Virus record (IMG/VR): IMGVR_UViG_3300021431_000076
Location: 32,001 to 96,000 of that record
Reading direction: 5' to 3' (one strand)
Length of the DNA stretch: 64,000 nt
Origin: a virus
Lineage: Duplodnaviria; Caudoviricetes
A model generated the notes under the pieces. The model was not told where the DNA came from, did not search any database, and was given only the letters and a program-made list of their open reading frames with translations. The position numbers and the translations under genes were made by a program. Below are positions 39,279 to 49,914 of this stretch, one piece after another (the first letter of the stretch is position 1; each line of letters begins with the position of its first letter).

Positions 39279-41309
39279 ATGGCAATCCCTGCTGTGAATA
39301 TTATTTGGGATGATCAGTCTCAGATTAATGACGTTAGTATTTTAACTGAAGACAATGTTGATCGTCCTATATTTATGACAGTTATTACGGCAGACAAGGG
39401 GCCTGAGGAATGGAAACATAAAGTCTTTGGTCAAGATTTTTATGATTACTATGGTAAGACTCCATCATTTTCCAAACACGGCCAGGCTCTAATTCAGGCT
39501 GCTAATATTATTGATGCCGGTGGTTATTTGACAATTAGACGTATAATGCCAGATAATGCTCAGTTAGCAACTATGGGTGTATATGCTGATCTTAAGTTTA
39601 GCCAAGTTCCATATGCTCCTGCTAGCAATAATTATATCCCTACATGGGAAAATAATGATACTCAGGCTACTGTCTTATCCATGACTGACCCAGCTCCAGG
39701 TCAAATGAATTCTGCTGGTACTGGTCCTTTGTGGACACAAGTTATGACAAATGAGGTTACTGTAGAATTTAAATGCATTAACTATCAGATTCCATATGTA
39801 AATGGTGTAGCTTCTCCAAATGATCCAGCACAATATGCTAATTTGCTATACAACTCATATAGCAGCACTGGTGGCGTATTATCAAATAACCAAACATATC
39901 CATTATTCTTGATTGCTGATAATGGTCGTGGTGTGTCTAACAAGAGATTCCGTATTTCTCGTGATACCACTGCATCTAAACCAGTTCAGTATGTCCGTTA
40001 CTTCTTAGAAGTAATGGAAGGTGATGATACTTTAGAGACAATGGCATTTACAATGGATCCAGATGTCATTGAACAAGACAGAAATATGTCTTTGCAGAAT
40101 GTAATTTATCAGAAATCTAAACAGCTTCGTTGCATATTCTTCGAAGAAGAATATAAAAAGATGTGTGATAATATTGCTTCTTTGCTTAACTGGTCTAGTT
40201 CAACTGTTTCTACAACACCAATTTCATTAAGTTCAGATGAACTTATTAGAGCAGATCCATTGTTTGGTACTGACTTCTATGCTAATACTATTCCAAATCT
40301 TAATGTTATTAATCCATTAAATAACATCTTTGGAATTCAGCTTGAAGGTGGTGCAAATGGTTGGGAAAAACCAGATCCGCTCAATCCTGCTAATACTATT
40401 CCTACAAATTTCCCATTAGAATCTATTCAGTATATACCTAAAGCTTCTGCTGCATTCTCTGGTGGTAGTGATCCAGCTACTGATTTCATTGTTCCTCCAG
40501 ATGATGTATTTGATTTTGATAATAATAGAATTGATGCTGTATTTGATGCTAACTATCCAAATTCTGTAAAGAGATCAATTGAAGAACTTGCAGCATTCCG
40601 TGAAGATTTTGTATATTTCCGTGATATGGGTCTTGGATTGAAAAATACTGCTAGTATTGAATATGCAGATAAGGCAAATCTAAAGAATAGATATTGTGCT
40701 ACATATGCAAACTCTTATGATATCTATGATCCATATACTCGTAAACAGATCTCTGTAACTGTTACTTATGATCTTGCACGTCTATTTGTTACTCACTTTA
40801 TTAATGGTAGATCTCGTCCATTCTGCGGTATCAAATATGGTGTTGTTATTCCTCAGGATGATTTTGTTCCTGGTACTCTTAACTTTACACCAAAACGTAC
40901 TCCAAATGCAGATCAAAGACAGTTATTTGATGATCTAAGAATCAACTATATATCTTTCTATGATGGCACTATTTTGGCTATGAATTCTGAATATACTTCT
41001 CAGACTGAATATACTCAGCTGAGCTGGATCAATAACGTTCTTGCTGTACAGCAGGTTATTAAAGCTATTCGTGTCCTTTGTCCAAAGATTCGTTATAGCT
41101 TCCTTGATGGTGAAGATCTTGAAAGATATAAATCTGATATTAATGAATTAATAATTGATAAATATTCTAGTCTGTTTAAGTCATTCAAGATTGAATACGT
41201 TGAAAATGGTATGTATGATTCTAATAAGATCATCTATGCTATTCTTAAAGTTCAGTTTAGAAACTTTATTCAGACTGAAATATTCAAGATTACTGCATTA
41301 CAGTCTTAA
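39279..41309 (+). CDS. Tail sheath protein
   Basis: 676 aa; sheath-like N-terminus (ADKGPE, FSKHGQ) and C-terminus (DANYP, LRINY, NNV); late promoter at 39153; followed by a tube-sized gene. Confidence 0.85.
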   Translation: MAIPAVNIIWDDQSQINDVSILTEDNVDRPIFMTVITADKGPEEWKHKVFGQDFYDYYGKTPSFSKHGQALIQAANIIDAGGYLTIRRIMPDNAQLATMGVYADLKFSQVPYAPASNNYIPTWENNDTQATVLSMTDPAPGQMNSAGTGPLWTQVMTNEVTVEFKCINYQIPYVNGVASPNDPAQYANLLYNSYSSTGGVLSNNQTYPLFLIADNGRGVSNKRFRISRDTTASKPVQYVRYFLEVMEGDDTLETMAFTMDPDVIEQDRNMSLQNVIYQKSKQLRCIFFEEEYKKMCDNIASLLNWSSSTVSTTPISLSSDELIRADPLFGTDFYANTIPNLNVINPLNNIFGIQLEGGANGWEKPDPLNPANTIPTNFPLESIQYIPKASAAFSGGSDPATDFIVPPDDVFDFDNNRIDAVFDANYPNSVKRSIEELAAFREDFVYFRDMGLGLKNTASIEYADKANLKNRYCATYANSYDIYDPYTRKQISVTVTYDLARLFVTHFINGRSRPFCGIKYGVVIPQDDFVPGTLNFTPKRTPNADQRQLFDDLRINYISFYDGTILAMNSEYTSQTEYTQLSWINNVLAVQQVIKAIRVLCPKIRYSFLDGEDLERYKSDINELIIDKYSSLFKSFKIEYVENGMYDSNKIIYAILKVQFRNFIQTEIFKITALQS

Positions 41310-41332
41310 GAGAAAGGTGAGGTGAAATAACA

Positions 41333-42268
41333 ATGGCAAATCCAACTCCATCAAAACAAAATAATATCTTTACAAATACTATGGTACCAAGAGAAGTAAC
41401 CTCATTCACTCTTATGCGTGGTGTTACAGATTTTTCTAATCTGCAACAGTATGACTTATATGAGACTGGTTATAGTTTCCTTGTATGCCTACAAATTCCT
41501 AAATTCCTGAATAAAGCCAAGAAACTAAATACTCAATACGAGACTTTAATTAACTCTTATGGCCATATTATTGAATATGATTTTACTGGTGTTCAAGGTA
41601 TTGAGGATATAACCACTGAAACTGGTGCTCTTACTAATAATATTGATACTCTTAATATTATTACTAGAGTAACCGAACAATCTGGTGCTAACTTCTCTAT
41701 GAACTATTTCGAAAGATCCGGTTCTATTATCACTAAGACTCATGAATTGTTCCTCCGTGGTATCAAAGATCCAAGAACTCAATATAAAAGATATCTTGGC
41801 CTTATTACTGGACCACGCGGTAATAATGAAACAGATAATGGTGATAGTTTACAGGCTATGGAAGCTGCTTATCAGAACGAGGTATTCCATTATCTTCTCG
41901 TTATAACAGACAATACTGGTTTTAATGTTGAGAAATCTTATATCCTTGCTTCTGCTCAACCTTCTCAAGCTAACACTTCTATATACAATGTAACTAAAGG
42001 TGAAATTGGCTTTAGCCAGATTGCAGTTCAAATGAATGCATTCCCAATCACTGGTAGAATCGTTAATAATAAAGCAGCTACTTTGTTAGATTATATCAAC
42101 AAAGCTACTTGCTTTGATGAAATGGAATTTGGTTATAACGTTCTTGGTGATACTAGTGGTATTGATATTGATAAGATTGGCAAGTCTATGTCAGTTTCTA
42201 AAGTAATAAATAGTTCTAATGTTATTGCTGATAAGATCACTGGTAATACTACACCACGAAATTATTAA
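41333..42268 (+). CDS. Tail tube protein
   Basis: 311 aa directly after the sheath gene; YFERSGS and GIKDPRT motifs. Confidence 0.7.
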   Translation: MANPTPSKQNNIFTNTMVPREVTSFTLMRGVTDFSNLQQYDLYETGYSFLVCLQIPKFLNKAKKLNTQYETLINSYGHIIEYDFTGVQGIEDITTETGALTNNIDTLNIITRVTEQSGANFSMNYFERSGSIITKTHELFLRGIKDPRTQYKRYLGLITGPRGNNETDNGDSLQAMEAAYQNEVFHYLLVITDNTGFNVEKSYILASAQPSQANTSIYNVTKGEIGFSQIAVQMNAFPITGRIVNNKAATLLDYINKATCFDEMEFGYNVLGDTSGIDIDKIGKSMSVSKVINSSNVIADKITGNTTPRNY

Positions 42269-42310
42269 CTAATATATAAACCCCATTTTAGAAGTATTCC
42301 CTAATAAGTA

Positions 42311-42345
42311 TCTCCCAAGGTCGTTGCTGGCCTTGGGAGAATTTA
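42311..42345 (+). terminator. Terminator of the sheath-tube operon
   Basis: TCTCCCAAGG...CCTTGGGAGA hairpin. Confidence 0.75.
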
Positions 42346-42395
42346 TGTCTTAAACAGTTTGATAATCGGAATACTCTAGTATTGGAGGGAATACA

Positions 42396-44807
42396 TTGAA
42401 AAAGAGAGAAATAGATTTTTCTATGATGAATCCTAAACAGAATATTAGGATTGCTAAGAACATTCAGAACAATATAAATGATATCTATCAGAATACATAT
42501 TATTCTGATAATAAGGATTCCTCTTATATTGAAAATATCAGAAGAAAGATGGACCTTGATCTTAACTATCTTCAAGATAAGAATAAGATCCGTAATAATG
42601 GTGTAAATATCTCTGATCTGTATGCTAAGACATTAGCTAAAACAGATGAGGGAGTTATTAAAGAACTTAGAGGAGCATTGCAGGATGAATCCATGATTAC
42701 AGATATCATGGATATGTATTCTAAGAATGCTATTATTAAAGACTTAGATAGAGAGATAGATGTAGTATGTAAGTATATGCCTAAATTAGATCAGGCATTA
42801 GATATTAAAGCAGATCATGTTATGAGTGCAGATCATTTTAATGATGATCCATTAGAACTCACAATAAATAATAATGACTCTAATGCATCTACTAACTCTA
42901 ATCCTAAGTTTGGACAGAAGAAAGACTTAGATTCTTTCAAAGAGAAATATGATATTTATAATAGAGCAAGAAAGTGGTATGATAAGGCTTCTAAGTATGG
43001 TGAGTGTCCTGTATATATTACATCATATAATAAAGCATTACAGAGAATAATGCAAAGAACTGGTAAATCAGACTTATTATCAGAATCTGCTATTACTGAA
43101 GCAGTAGATAGCGTTTCTGTTCCATTGAAGTTTTCTTATACTATTCCTATTAATGAATCTATGAACGATTCAGAATTAGTAATAGAGAATAGTGGAGCTA
43201 TTAAAGAGGGATATACTGATATAGAGGTCGAATTAAACCCCTCAGGGGTAATACCCAGTGTAGTTACACAGCAAACTACTCTCAGACGTGTTTTGCGAGA
43301 ATCTCGTGGTGTATTTCAGGCTAAGGGCGTCAAATCTGACGACACATTACTCAGTAATGTAGGATATCTGAAAAATATGAATAAAGAATTCCAGAAATTT
43401 GCTAAAGAAGGAGGTTCTTTAAAACAACCTACGGCATTAGTAATTGATGGATTCTCTGATAGAGAAAAAAAGAAAAAGGAAATTGCTAAAATAGATGTAG
43501 CAGGAGCTGTTATTAAAATTCTAGATAGAAGTATGCTTAAGCCTTTATATATTGATGATACTTGCCTAGGATATTACTATATTGAAACTTCTGGTGGTAT
43601 GAAATTTGAAGAACAGACTACATTCACATCTACATTAGGTGGTTTAAGACCTAGAAGATCTACTAGAGATAGAGAAGATTTGGATAAGAAATCTCAAATA
43701 GATGATGTATTGATTAAGATTGCTAGAAGAATATCTCAGAAGATAGATGCTAACTTTATCAATGCTAATCAGGATCTTACACAAGAGATTTATGCTATTC
43801 TTAAATATAATGCAGATCATGGTGCTAATAGTAAAGTAGGTAAGATTAGAGTAACTTTCTTGCCTCCAGAAGATGTAGTAGTTATTGCATTTGATATCAA
43901 CGAAAATACACATAGAGGTAGATCTGATCTTTATAAATCTCTATTCCCTGCTAAATTATATTCTTGCTTGTATATCTCTAATACTATTGCTCTACTTACT
44001 AGAGGATATGATAAGAGAATTTATCAAGTAAGACAGACAGTAGATACCAATATCTCTGGTGTATTGATGAATGTTATTAATCAGATTAAACAGTCTAACT
44101 TCAATCTAAGACAGATTGAGAATATGAATAACATTATGAATATCACTGGTAGATTTAATGACTTAGTAATTCCTCAAAATGCTAATGGAGAATCACCAAT
44201 TAACTTTGAAGTATTACCTGGTCAGAATATAGAGATTAAAACAGACTTTATGAACTCTCTAGAAGAAATGGCAGTAGATCTTACTGGTGTTACTATAGAG
44301 ATGCTTAATGCTCGTAAGGATGAACAGACTGCTACTCATATTACTATGACCAACTCTAGATTCCTTATGAAGATTTATGCTAGACAACAAGCATATCAGA
44401 AGTTCTTATCTCTAATCTGTACTAAGATATATCAGGCAGAATATGATACTACTGATACTATAGAAGTAAAACTTCCGCCTCCTGCATTCCTTAACTTTAC
44501 AAATGTAACACAACTTCTTGGCTTAGGTGGAGAGCTAATCAATAACATTGTTCAGATGAAGATGGGTGCTGAACAAGATGAAGAAATCAAAGCAGAGTTT
44601 ATTGGTAAATTGATGAGATATTATTATGAGACATTCTTACCAATGGATGAAATAGATAAATTAGCAGATGAAGCAAAAATAGAAGTAGAAGCAAGAAGAC
44701 CTTCTGATCAAGTTGCTGCAGCTAGTATGCCACAACAAGGTGGTACTGAAGAAATGCCAAATACAGAAGAACCTCAAATGGGTGGAGAAGAACCACAACA
44801 ATTTTAA
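42396..44807 (+). CDS. Portal protein
   Basis: 803 aa; CKYMPKL..ALD, KYGE, LGYYYIE, RGYDKRIY and LPPP motifs resembling T4 gp20-like jumbo-phage portals; TTG start; late promoter at 42353. Confidence 0.75.
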   Translation: MKKREIDFSMMNPKQNIRIAKNIQNNINDIYQNTYYSDNKDSSYIENIRRKMDLDLNYLQDKNKIRNNGVNISDLYAKTLAKTDEGVIKELRGALQDESMITDIMDMYSKNAIIKDLDREIDVVCKYMPKLDQALDIKADHVMSADHFNDDPLELTINNNDSNASTNSNPKFGQKKDLDSFKEKYDIYNRARKWYDKASKYGECPVYITSYNKALQRIMQRTGKSDLLSESAITEAVDSVSVPLKFSYTIPINESMNDSELVIENSGAIKEGYTDIEVELNPSGVIPSVVTQQTTLRRVLRESRGVFQAKGVKSDDTLLSNVGYLKNMNKEFQKFAKEGGSLKQPTALVIDGFSDREKKKKEIAKIDVAGAVIKILDRSMLKPLYIDDTCLGYYYIETSGGMKFEEQTTFTSTLGGLRPRRSTRDREDLDKKSQIDDVLIKIARRISQKIDANFINANQDLTQEIYAILKYNADHGANSKVGKIRVTFLPPEDVVVIAFDINENTHRGRSDLYKSLFPAKLYSCLYISNTIALLTRGYDKRIYQVRQTVDTNISGVLMNVINQIKQSNFNLRQIENMNNIMNITGRFNDLVIPQNANGESPINFEVLPGQNIEIKTDFMNSLEEMAVDLTGVTIEMLNARKDEQTATHITMTNSRFLMKIYARQQAYQKFLSLICTKIYQAEYDTTDTIEVKLPPPAFLNFTNVTQLLGLGGELINNIVQMKMGAEQDEEIKAEFIGKLMRYYYETFLPMDEIDKLADEAKIEVEARRPSDQVAAASMPQQGGTEEMPNTEEPQMGGEEPQQF

Positions 44808-44811
44808 CACT

Positions 44812-44913
44812 AAACTCCCACTGCTCTGTTTCGAGCAGTGGGAATCTATAAGGAGGTATATATTAACAACAACAAGCAAAACAGAAAATGATACCGGCAT
44901 ATCATCATCCATT
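44812..44913 (-). ncRNA. Candidate late small RNA with a perfect anti-SD ACCUCCUUA
   Basis: GACA-atagta-TA promoter at 44913-44924; 5' hairpin; U-rich linker; ACCUCCUUA (44849-44857); shares the portal terminator hairpin 44817-44842. Confidence 0.55.
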
Positions 44914-44980
44914 ATACTATTGTCAAAAAAAATGAGGGACCTTTTTACAGGTCCCCCATTTTTAATGTGGTGCTATATTA

Positions 44981-45505
44981 TTAGCACCACTTGTCATCTT
45001 CTTCCTCCTCCTTTCCTTTTTTCTCGGCGCTGGAAGATTTTACCAGGTATTTCTTTGCCTTGTCAGAGATTTCTTTTTTGAATTTTTCCTCCCTCTTTTC
45101 TTTCTCCGTGTTTGCTGCTACCTTGTTCAGATGAGCAAGCATCTTAGTAATGTTCTCAAGGGCTGCGTCCTGTTTCTGGATATGCTCCTCAATAGCGCTG
45201 ATACCCAAGTTTTCCTTAAGAGTATTCAGCTTCTGCTCACGTTCAGCTAACTGAGCATCTGCTTCTTTTTCTGCTTTTTCTTGCAGATGCTCAAACTGTT
45301 TTTGGCGGTATTGGTTTATCACCATACCGCCTACAGACGTGACAATATCCCAAGCCATCCACTTTACATTTGTGGACGTCTTGTTCTGCTTAACCAGATC
45401 TTCCTTATTCACTTTTTCAGTGAATTCGGCTAAGGTATCCTGCTGCTGCATTCCACCTGCTACCAGAGTTGCCAGAACATTTGCGATTTCGTTTGCGTTT
45501 GCCAT
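44981..45505 (-). CDS. Early coiled-coil protein with higher-GC codon usage
   Basis: Own early promoter at 45575, structured leader, GAAAGGAG RBS and terminator. Confidence 0.75.
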   Translation of the reverse strand: MANANEIANVLATLVAGGMQQQDTLAEFTEKVNKEDLVKQNKTSTNVKWMAWDIVTSVGGMVINQYRQKQFEHLQEKAEKEADAQLAEREQKLNTLKENLGISAIEEHIQKQDAALENITKMLAHLNKVAANTEKEKREEKFKKEISDKAKKYLVKSSSAEKKGKEEEEDDKWC

Positions 45506-45646
45506 GATAAAGATCTCCTTTCAAATCAAACATGTAACACTTAATCTCTAGTGTTACTTCTCTTTATCACGACTATAATATACGTTTGAAAAATTCGATT
45601 TTTACAAAAAATAAGGTATAGGGATTTCTCCCTATACCTAGTATTA

Positions 45647-45814
45647 TTATTTCTTAGATGGTAATGACTTTTCTTTTGATTCTATAGGGGTATTAATCAT
45701 AGTCATATTAGATTTACCATTTACATCAAACTTAGTACCAAAGAATTTAGTCCATAGTTTAGCCAAGTCCTCAAATTCTTTTGTATCTAGCTCAATCTCA
45801 AGTTCAATCTTCAT
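45647..45814 (-). CDS. 55-aa hypothetical protein (not in the ORF track)
   Basis: MKIELEIELDTKEFEDLAKLWTKFF...; GAGGTG RBS overlapping the helicase stop; terminator at 45614-45640. Confidence 0.6.
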   Translation of the reverse strand: MKIELEIELDTKEFEDLAKLWTKFFGTKFDVNGKSNMTMINTPIESKEKSLPSKK

Positions 45815-45820
45815 ATTTAC

Positions 45821-47368
45821 TCACCTCACAAATTCTACTACTGTCTTTAATTTTTGTTGATTCATATTCTGCATCAGAGCTTTATCCCTTTCATCTAGCT
45901 CATTTACTTGTCTATCTAATTCTTCTTGAGATAACTTAATCTTGGTTCTTTGAGTAGCATAAGTTTCAAATACTCTTTGTTTAGATCTAAAGAAAGCATT
46001 AATAGCTTTAAATCCTGTATCTACCACTTCTATATACTTAGTATCTTTAGCTCTTGTTCTACCTAAAGACTGTATAGCTAACTTAGGAGATTTAAATGGT
46101 TCATTAAGAACTATAGTCATTTCTAGTCCAGCCAAATCTAATGCTTCTCCGGCAGATTTGGTAGTAGATAAGATTATCTTATTATCTAATTGAGCTCTCT
46201 TCATTTCTTTAGGAACAGCGGATGTATATATACCTATAGGAATATATGGGAAGTAATAATGTAACCAGTTATATGTGACTCCTATAGCATAGTTTGTTCC
46301 TATATAGATTAATACCTTACCTTCGGGAGATGTATTAGTTCCTATAATCTCCATAAGCAATCTAAGTATCTTAAAATAATTGGGTTTAGTTACTAGATAA
46401 TCAGTATACTTATTTCTATTGAAACCATACATATTTTGACAAGCACCAATATCAAATGGAGTAGGATTAGAGTTGAAATGAATAGATATATACTCAGTAT
46501 GAGGATCATTCTCTTCATCGAATAGACTTAATTTAGGTACTTTCTCATAACATCTTTGATATATTCTATCTTCATCTCGATCTGATCTCATAGGAGTAGC
46601 AGTAAGATAATAGGTCTTCCATACATCAGAGAAATTGTCTATCATCATAGTATTATCAAAATATAGATGAGATTCATCATATATCTTAATACCTATTCTT
46701 AGCATCTTAAAGAGATCATGTACTTTTTCCCATCCATTTGTTTTAGCATAAGAAGATATAGTATCATGAGAAACTAGATAAAACTTAATATGCTTAGGAT
46801 TATGTAATCCATTCATAAGTTTTACTATAGATGCTTTTCCTGCTATAATATAGATCTGATCTTCCCTTACATCTGTATACTGTAGTATTCTTTCTTTCCA
46901 TTGCTGTATCCAGTCTAAACTATATGTAATCATCATAGTCTTTACTCTATAATATGCAAATACAGCTATAGCAACAAATGTCTTACCAACTCCAGTATGC
47001 AGATTTAAGAATATCTGAGACCTTTCTCTATTACCACAGTATTGATCAGCACCTACACAGAATTTTAATGCTTCTACTTGTCTTTCATCTCTAGGTTTAA
47101 TCTTCATTTGAATCATAGAGAGTTTATCAAATGGATCTGGTTCATATTTAATAAACAATTCTCCACTAAAGTTTCTCTCTATAGCAAATTGATCCATTCC
47201 TGATGGTAAGTAAAGATCTTTGGTTTTACTATCATAATACATACCAAAAGGTTCTCTTCTAAATCTTGCTTTATTCCATATAGAGAACATCTTCTCTAAT
47301 ATTGGACTATCACCTATATCATAGTTATGAACTATGGTACAAGTATGTCTTCGTTCTACTTTAATCAT
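45821..47368 (-). CDS. uvsW: Superfamily 2 DNA helicase (UvsW-like)
   Basis: LHTGVGKT, YDESH, LTATP and QSLGRTR motifs. Confidence 0.88.
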   Translation of the reverse strand: MIKVERRHTCTIVHNYDIGDSPILEKMFSIWNKARFRREPFGMYYDSKTKDLYLPSGMDQFAIERNFSGELFIKYEPDPFDKLSMIQMKIKPRDERQVEALKFCVGADQYCGNRERSQIFLNLHTGVGKTFVAIAVFAYYRVKTMMITYSLDWIQQWKERILQYTDVREDQIYIIAGKASIVKLMNGLHNPKHIKFYLVSHDTISSYAKTNGWEKVHDLFKMLRIGIKIYDESHLYFDNTMMIDNFSDVWKTYYLTATPMRSDRDEDRIYQRCYEKVPKLSLFDEENDPHTEYISIHFNSNPTPFDIGACQNMYGFNRNKYTDYLVTKPNYFKILRLLMEIIGTNTSPEGKVLIYIGTNYAIGVTYNWLHYYFPYIPIGIYTSAVPKEMKRAQLDNKIILSTTKSAGEALDLAGLEMTIVLNEPFKSPKLAIQSLGRTRAKDTKYIEVVDTGFKAINAFFRSKQRVFETYATQRTKIKLSQEELDRQVNELDERDKALMQNMNQQKLKTVVEFVR

Positions 47369-47570
47369 TCTTTTTCACCATAGCTTTAAGTTTGTTAGGA
47401 GCTTGACCTACTATTTCATTGAATTCCTTATTGGCTTCTTTAAGATTATCACTACCAAATATATTGATAGTTTTATCTTTCAGTACATAGAATACATAGA
47501 TTCCAATACCAAAAGCTAAACTAAATACTAAGATAAACAAAGAGAATTGCTTAACAGTTTCTACAGTCAT
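47361..47570 (-). CDS. Small single-TM protein
   Basis: Start at MTVETVK behind GGAGG; one hydrophobic helix. Confidence 0.6.
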   Translation of the reverse strand: MTVETVKQFSLFILVFSLAFGIGIYVFYVLKDKTINIFGSDNLKEANKEFNEIVGQAPNKLKAMVKKND

Positions 47571-47637
47571 ACTAAAACCTCCAAATAAAATATAGGAGAT
47601 GGGAATTCCCATCTCCTAATTGTCAAACTAAAATTAT

Positions 47638-49914
47638 TTATTCATCTAATCTATGCTTCTCGTATCCTTTAGGTCTTAAAGCATCCATGAAAGCTTTACT
47701 ATCAACAATCTCAGGATGACCAGGAACAACCCACATTACTGGACTAGTTCCTTCAGGAACAATCTTCTCATGACACTTATCCCATACTTCATGATCTACA
47801 TTCATATATTTTACAGGTTTATGCATATAGAATGGATCGAAGCAAGAAGTCTTAGTCTTCTTATAAGTCATGGGTTTATGAAGAGCTCTAGCAATATCCT
47901 GATATTTGAGAGATACTATAACAGATCTATTGTTAGACAAAGCTTCCTTAAGAGTTAATACTTCATAAGGCTCATTGTATCTACTCCAATCAGGCATCTC
48001 AAATCTATCATAAGCACTTCTAATCTGATTTGCTATAATGATTTCAAGATGTACAGAACGACAGTGAATCTTCCCTCTAATAACAGCATCAACAAGCTTC
48101 ATAATAAGCTCATCAATATTATACTGCTTAGTTATATCTTTCTTATCAATAAGATCAGTAAAGATATCCAATGCTTTACCAAGGTCATTATTCATCATCT
48201 TAAGATAGAACAGCTCCATATCTTGAAGTTCCATTAATGGAATTTCTAATACAGATTCGCTAAGATTATCTTCAGTTTCAGGAGAATCTTTAAGTTTATC
48301 TCTAATTATAGCAGTAAGAGCATTAGAGAAATACATTCTAGCTTTAGTATCATCCCCAGATTCCTTATCTATAATAGAAGATATAGCATATTCAGTTCCA
48401 TCAGGAGACTTGATAGTCATATCAGTGATATACTCATTATAGATCTCTGCTGTATCATCAGTAGTATCAAACTGACCATTGGAATAGAAGATATGCTTAA
48501 AGAAGTCACCATCATTCTCAAGCTGTACATCTTCACCCTTAATGATTAAACTCCATCCATCAAGACTTTCTATAGTCGGGAAAGTTTCATCATTAAGAAG
48601 AATAGCATTAGTATCTACTCTGAAGAACTTATAGAAATCCAATACCCAATTGATTGCTCTAATAACTGTCTCTAACAGATGCTTAGCAGACAATCTCATC
48701 TGAGTATACTGAGATGTGATTATCTCTGTAGCAATACGACCAACATTTATATCTCTATTGGTTCTTGCTAACTCACCATAACAATGTCTACAAATACCTT
48801 TACCCATAGCAAAAGATTTGCACATAGCAGGAGTTCTAAGGTAAATCCACTTACCTATAAGATTAGTACAATCTTTAGTAATCAAGAACTCAAAGCCATT
48901 TAATTCCATACGAGCATATCTATCAATGAAATGCTCTAACACTTCTTTATCTTTAATAAAGATATGAGCAAGATTATTTGTATGACAGTCATAATCCATA
49001 TCTGGATTTAAGAAAGTATCAATATTATTCAGACCTAAGATACGAGAGAATCCACCAGAGTCTCCTACATTCTTCTTAGAGATAATCTGTGCATTTCTTG
49101 CAGAATAAGCATCAATGTAGAAATACAGGAGATTGTCAAGACCACCAGTGATATAGGAAGTATTTACAATATCATGCAAGATACTACCATGACCATCAGG
49201 TTTGGTACCAATATTAAATGAATTTTCTTTCCATTGACGTTTATTGATACCTTCTTTAGCAGCAAATGGATTTCTTAAGCAATGTTCATGTCCCATGATT
49301 TTCTTAGAATCCATAAGCAATTCTATAGCTCTATCTGCTGCTTCCAAACCTCTATCTTTTACTTCTTCTAGAGGTATATTAGAATAGTCTTTATGAATCA
49401 AGTCATCATATTCAGGACAAGCATCCATCATCTCTATAGTATCTTCCAGATTCAATGTATTAGCAATATAGAAAGAAAAATCATCCACATCAAGGAAATT
49501 ATAGAGACAATCTGCTATGATATTATTCATAAGCACATTGTCCATATTCTCTCTTCGTTCTGTGATAAAATGTTTGTCAATAAATTTCTTGATATGACCA
49601 CTATTAGTATGCTTAGCAAATACTAAATGCCATGGCTTAATCTCTCTATCTCCATTGGCAATAATAGCATACCAGAGTATAATATTAAAAAAGTAATCGG
49701 TGATGCTAAGATCAACAGAATCTCCATTACCGAAATCAACGGTAATGAACATATGTTGTACATAGTCAGTCTCAATTCCATCCTTCATAATACTGAGAAT
49801 TCCATCATAATGGTTTCTCCAATTCTCTATGACTATATCTTTTGTATGAATAGTCATCTTTTGTTTTTGAACCAGCTCAGTGTACACATAGTAGTTGTTC
49901 AGATTCTCCAACAT
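47638..49914 (-). CDS. rpoC: RNA polymerase beta' C-terminal-half subunit (non-virion RNAP)
   Basis: Bridge helix (VGDSGGFSR), Zn site (LRTPAMC...GICRHCYG), trigger loop (TQMRLSAKH) and HLEIII; early promoter at 50016. Confidence 0.9.
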   Translation of the reverse strand: MLENLNNYYVYTELVQKQKMTIHTKDIVIENWRNHYDGILSIMKDGIETDYVQHMFITVDFGNGDSVDLSITDYFFNIILWYAIIANGDREIKPWHLVFAKHTNSGHIKKFIDKHFITERRENMDNVLMNNIIADCLYNFLDVDDFSFYIANTLNLEDTIEMMDACPEYDDLIHKDYSNIPLEEVKDRGLEAADRAIELLMDSKKIMGHEHCLRNPFAAKEGINKRQWKENSFNIGTKPDGHGSILHDIVNTSYITGGLDNLLYFYIDAYSARNAQIISKKNVGDSGGFSRILGLNNIDTFLNPDMDYDCHTNNLAHIFIKDKEVLEHFIDRYARMELNGFEFLITKDCTNLIGKWIYLRTPAMCKSFAMGKGICRHCYGELARTNRDINVGRIATEIITSQYTQMRLSAKHLLETVIRAINWVLDFYKFFRVDTNAILLNDETFPTIESLDGWSLIIKGEDVQLENDGDFFKHIFYSNGQFDTTDDTAEIYNEYITDMTIKSPDGTEYAISSIIDKESGDDTKARMYFSNALTAIIRDKLKDSPETEDNLSESVLEIPLMELQDMELFYLKMMNNDLGKALDIFTDLIDKKDITKQYNIDELIMKLVDAVIRGKIHCRSVHLEIIIANQIRSAYDRFEMPDWSRYNEPYEVLTLKEALSNNRSVIVSLKYQDIARALHKPMTYKKTKTSCFDPFYMHKPVKYMNVDHEVWDKCHEKIVPEGTSPVMWVVPGHPEIVDSKAFMDALRPKGYEKHRLDE

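Noticed and set aside
44661-44912. 83-aa minus-strand ORF beginning at the predicted sRNA start
   Set aside because: No RBS; it runs through the terminator and antisense into the portal gene. A leaderless peptide cannot be fully excluded.
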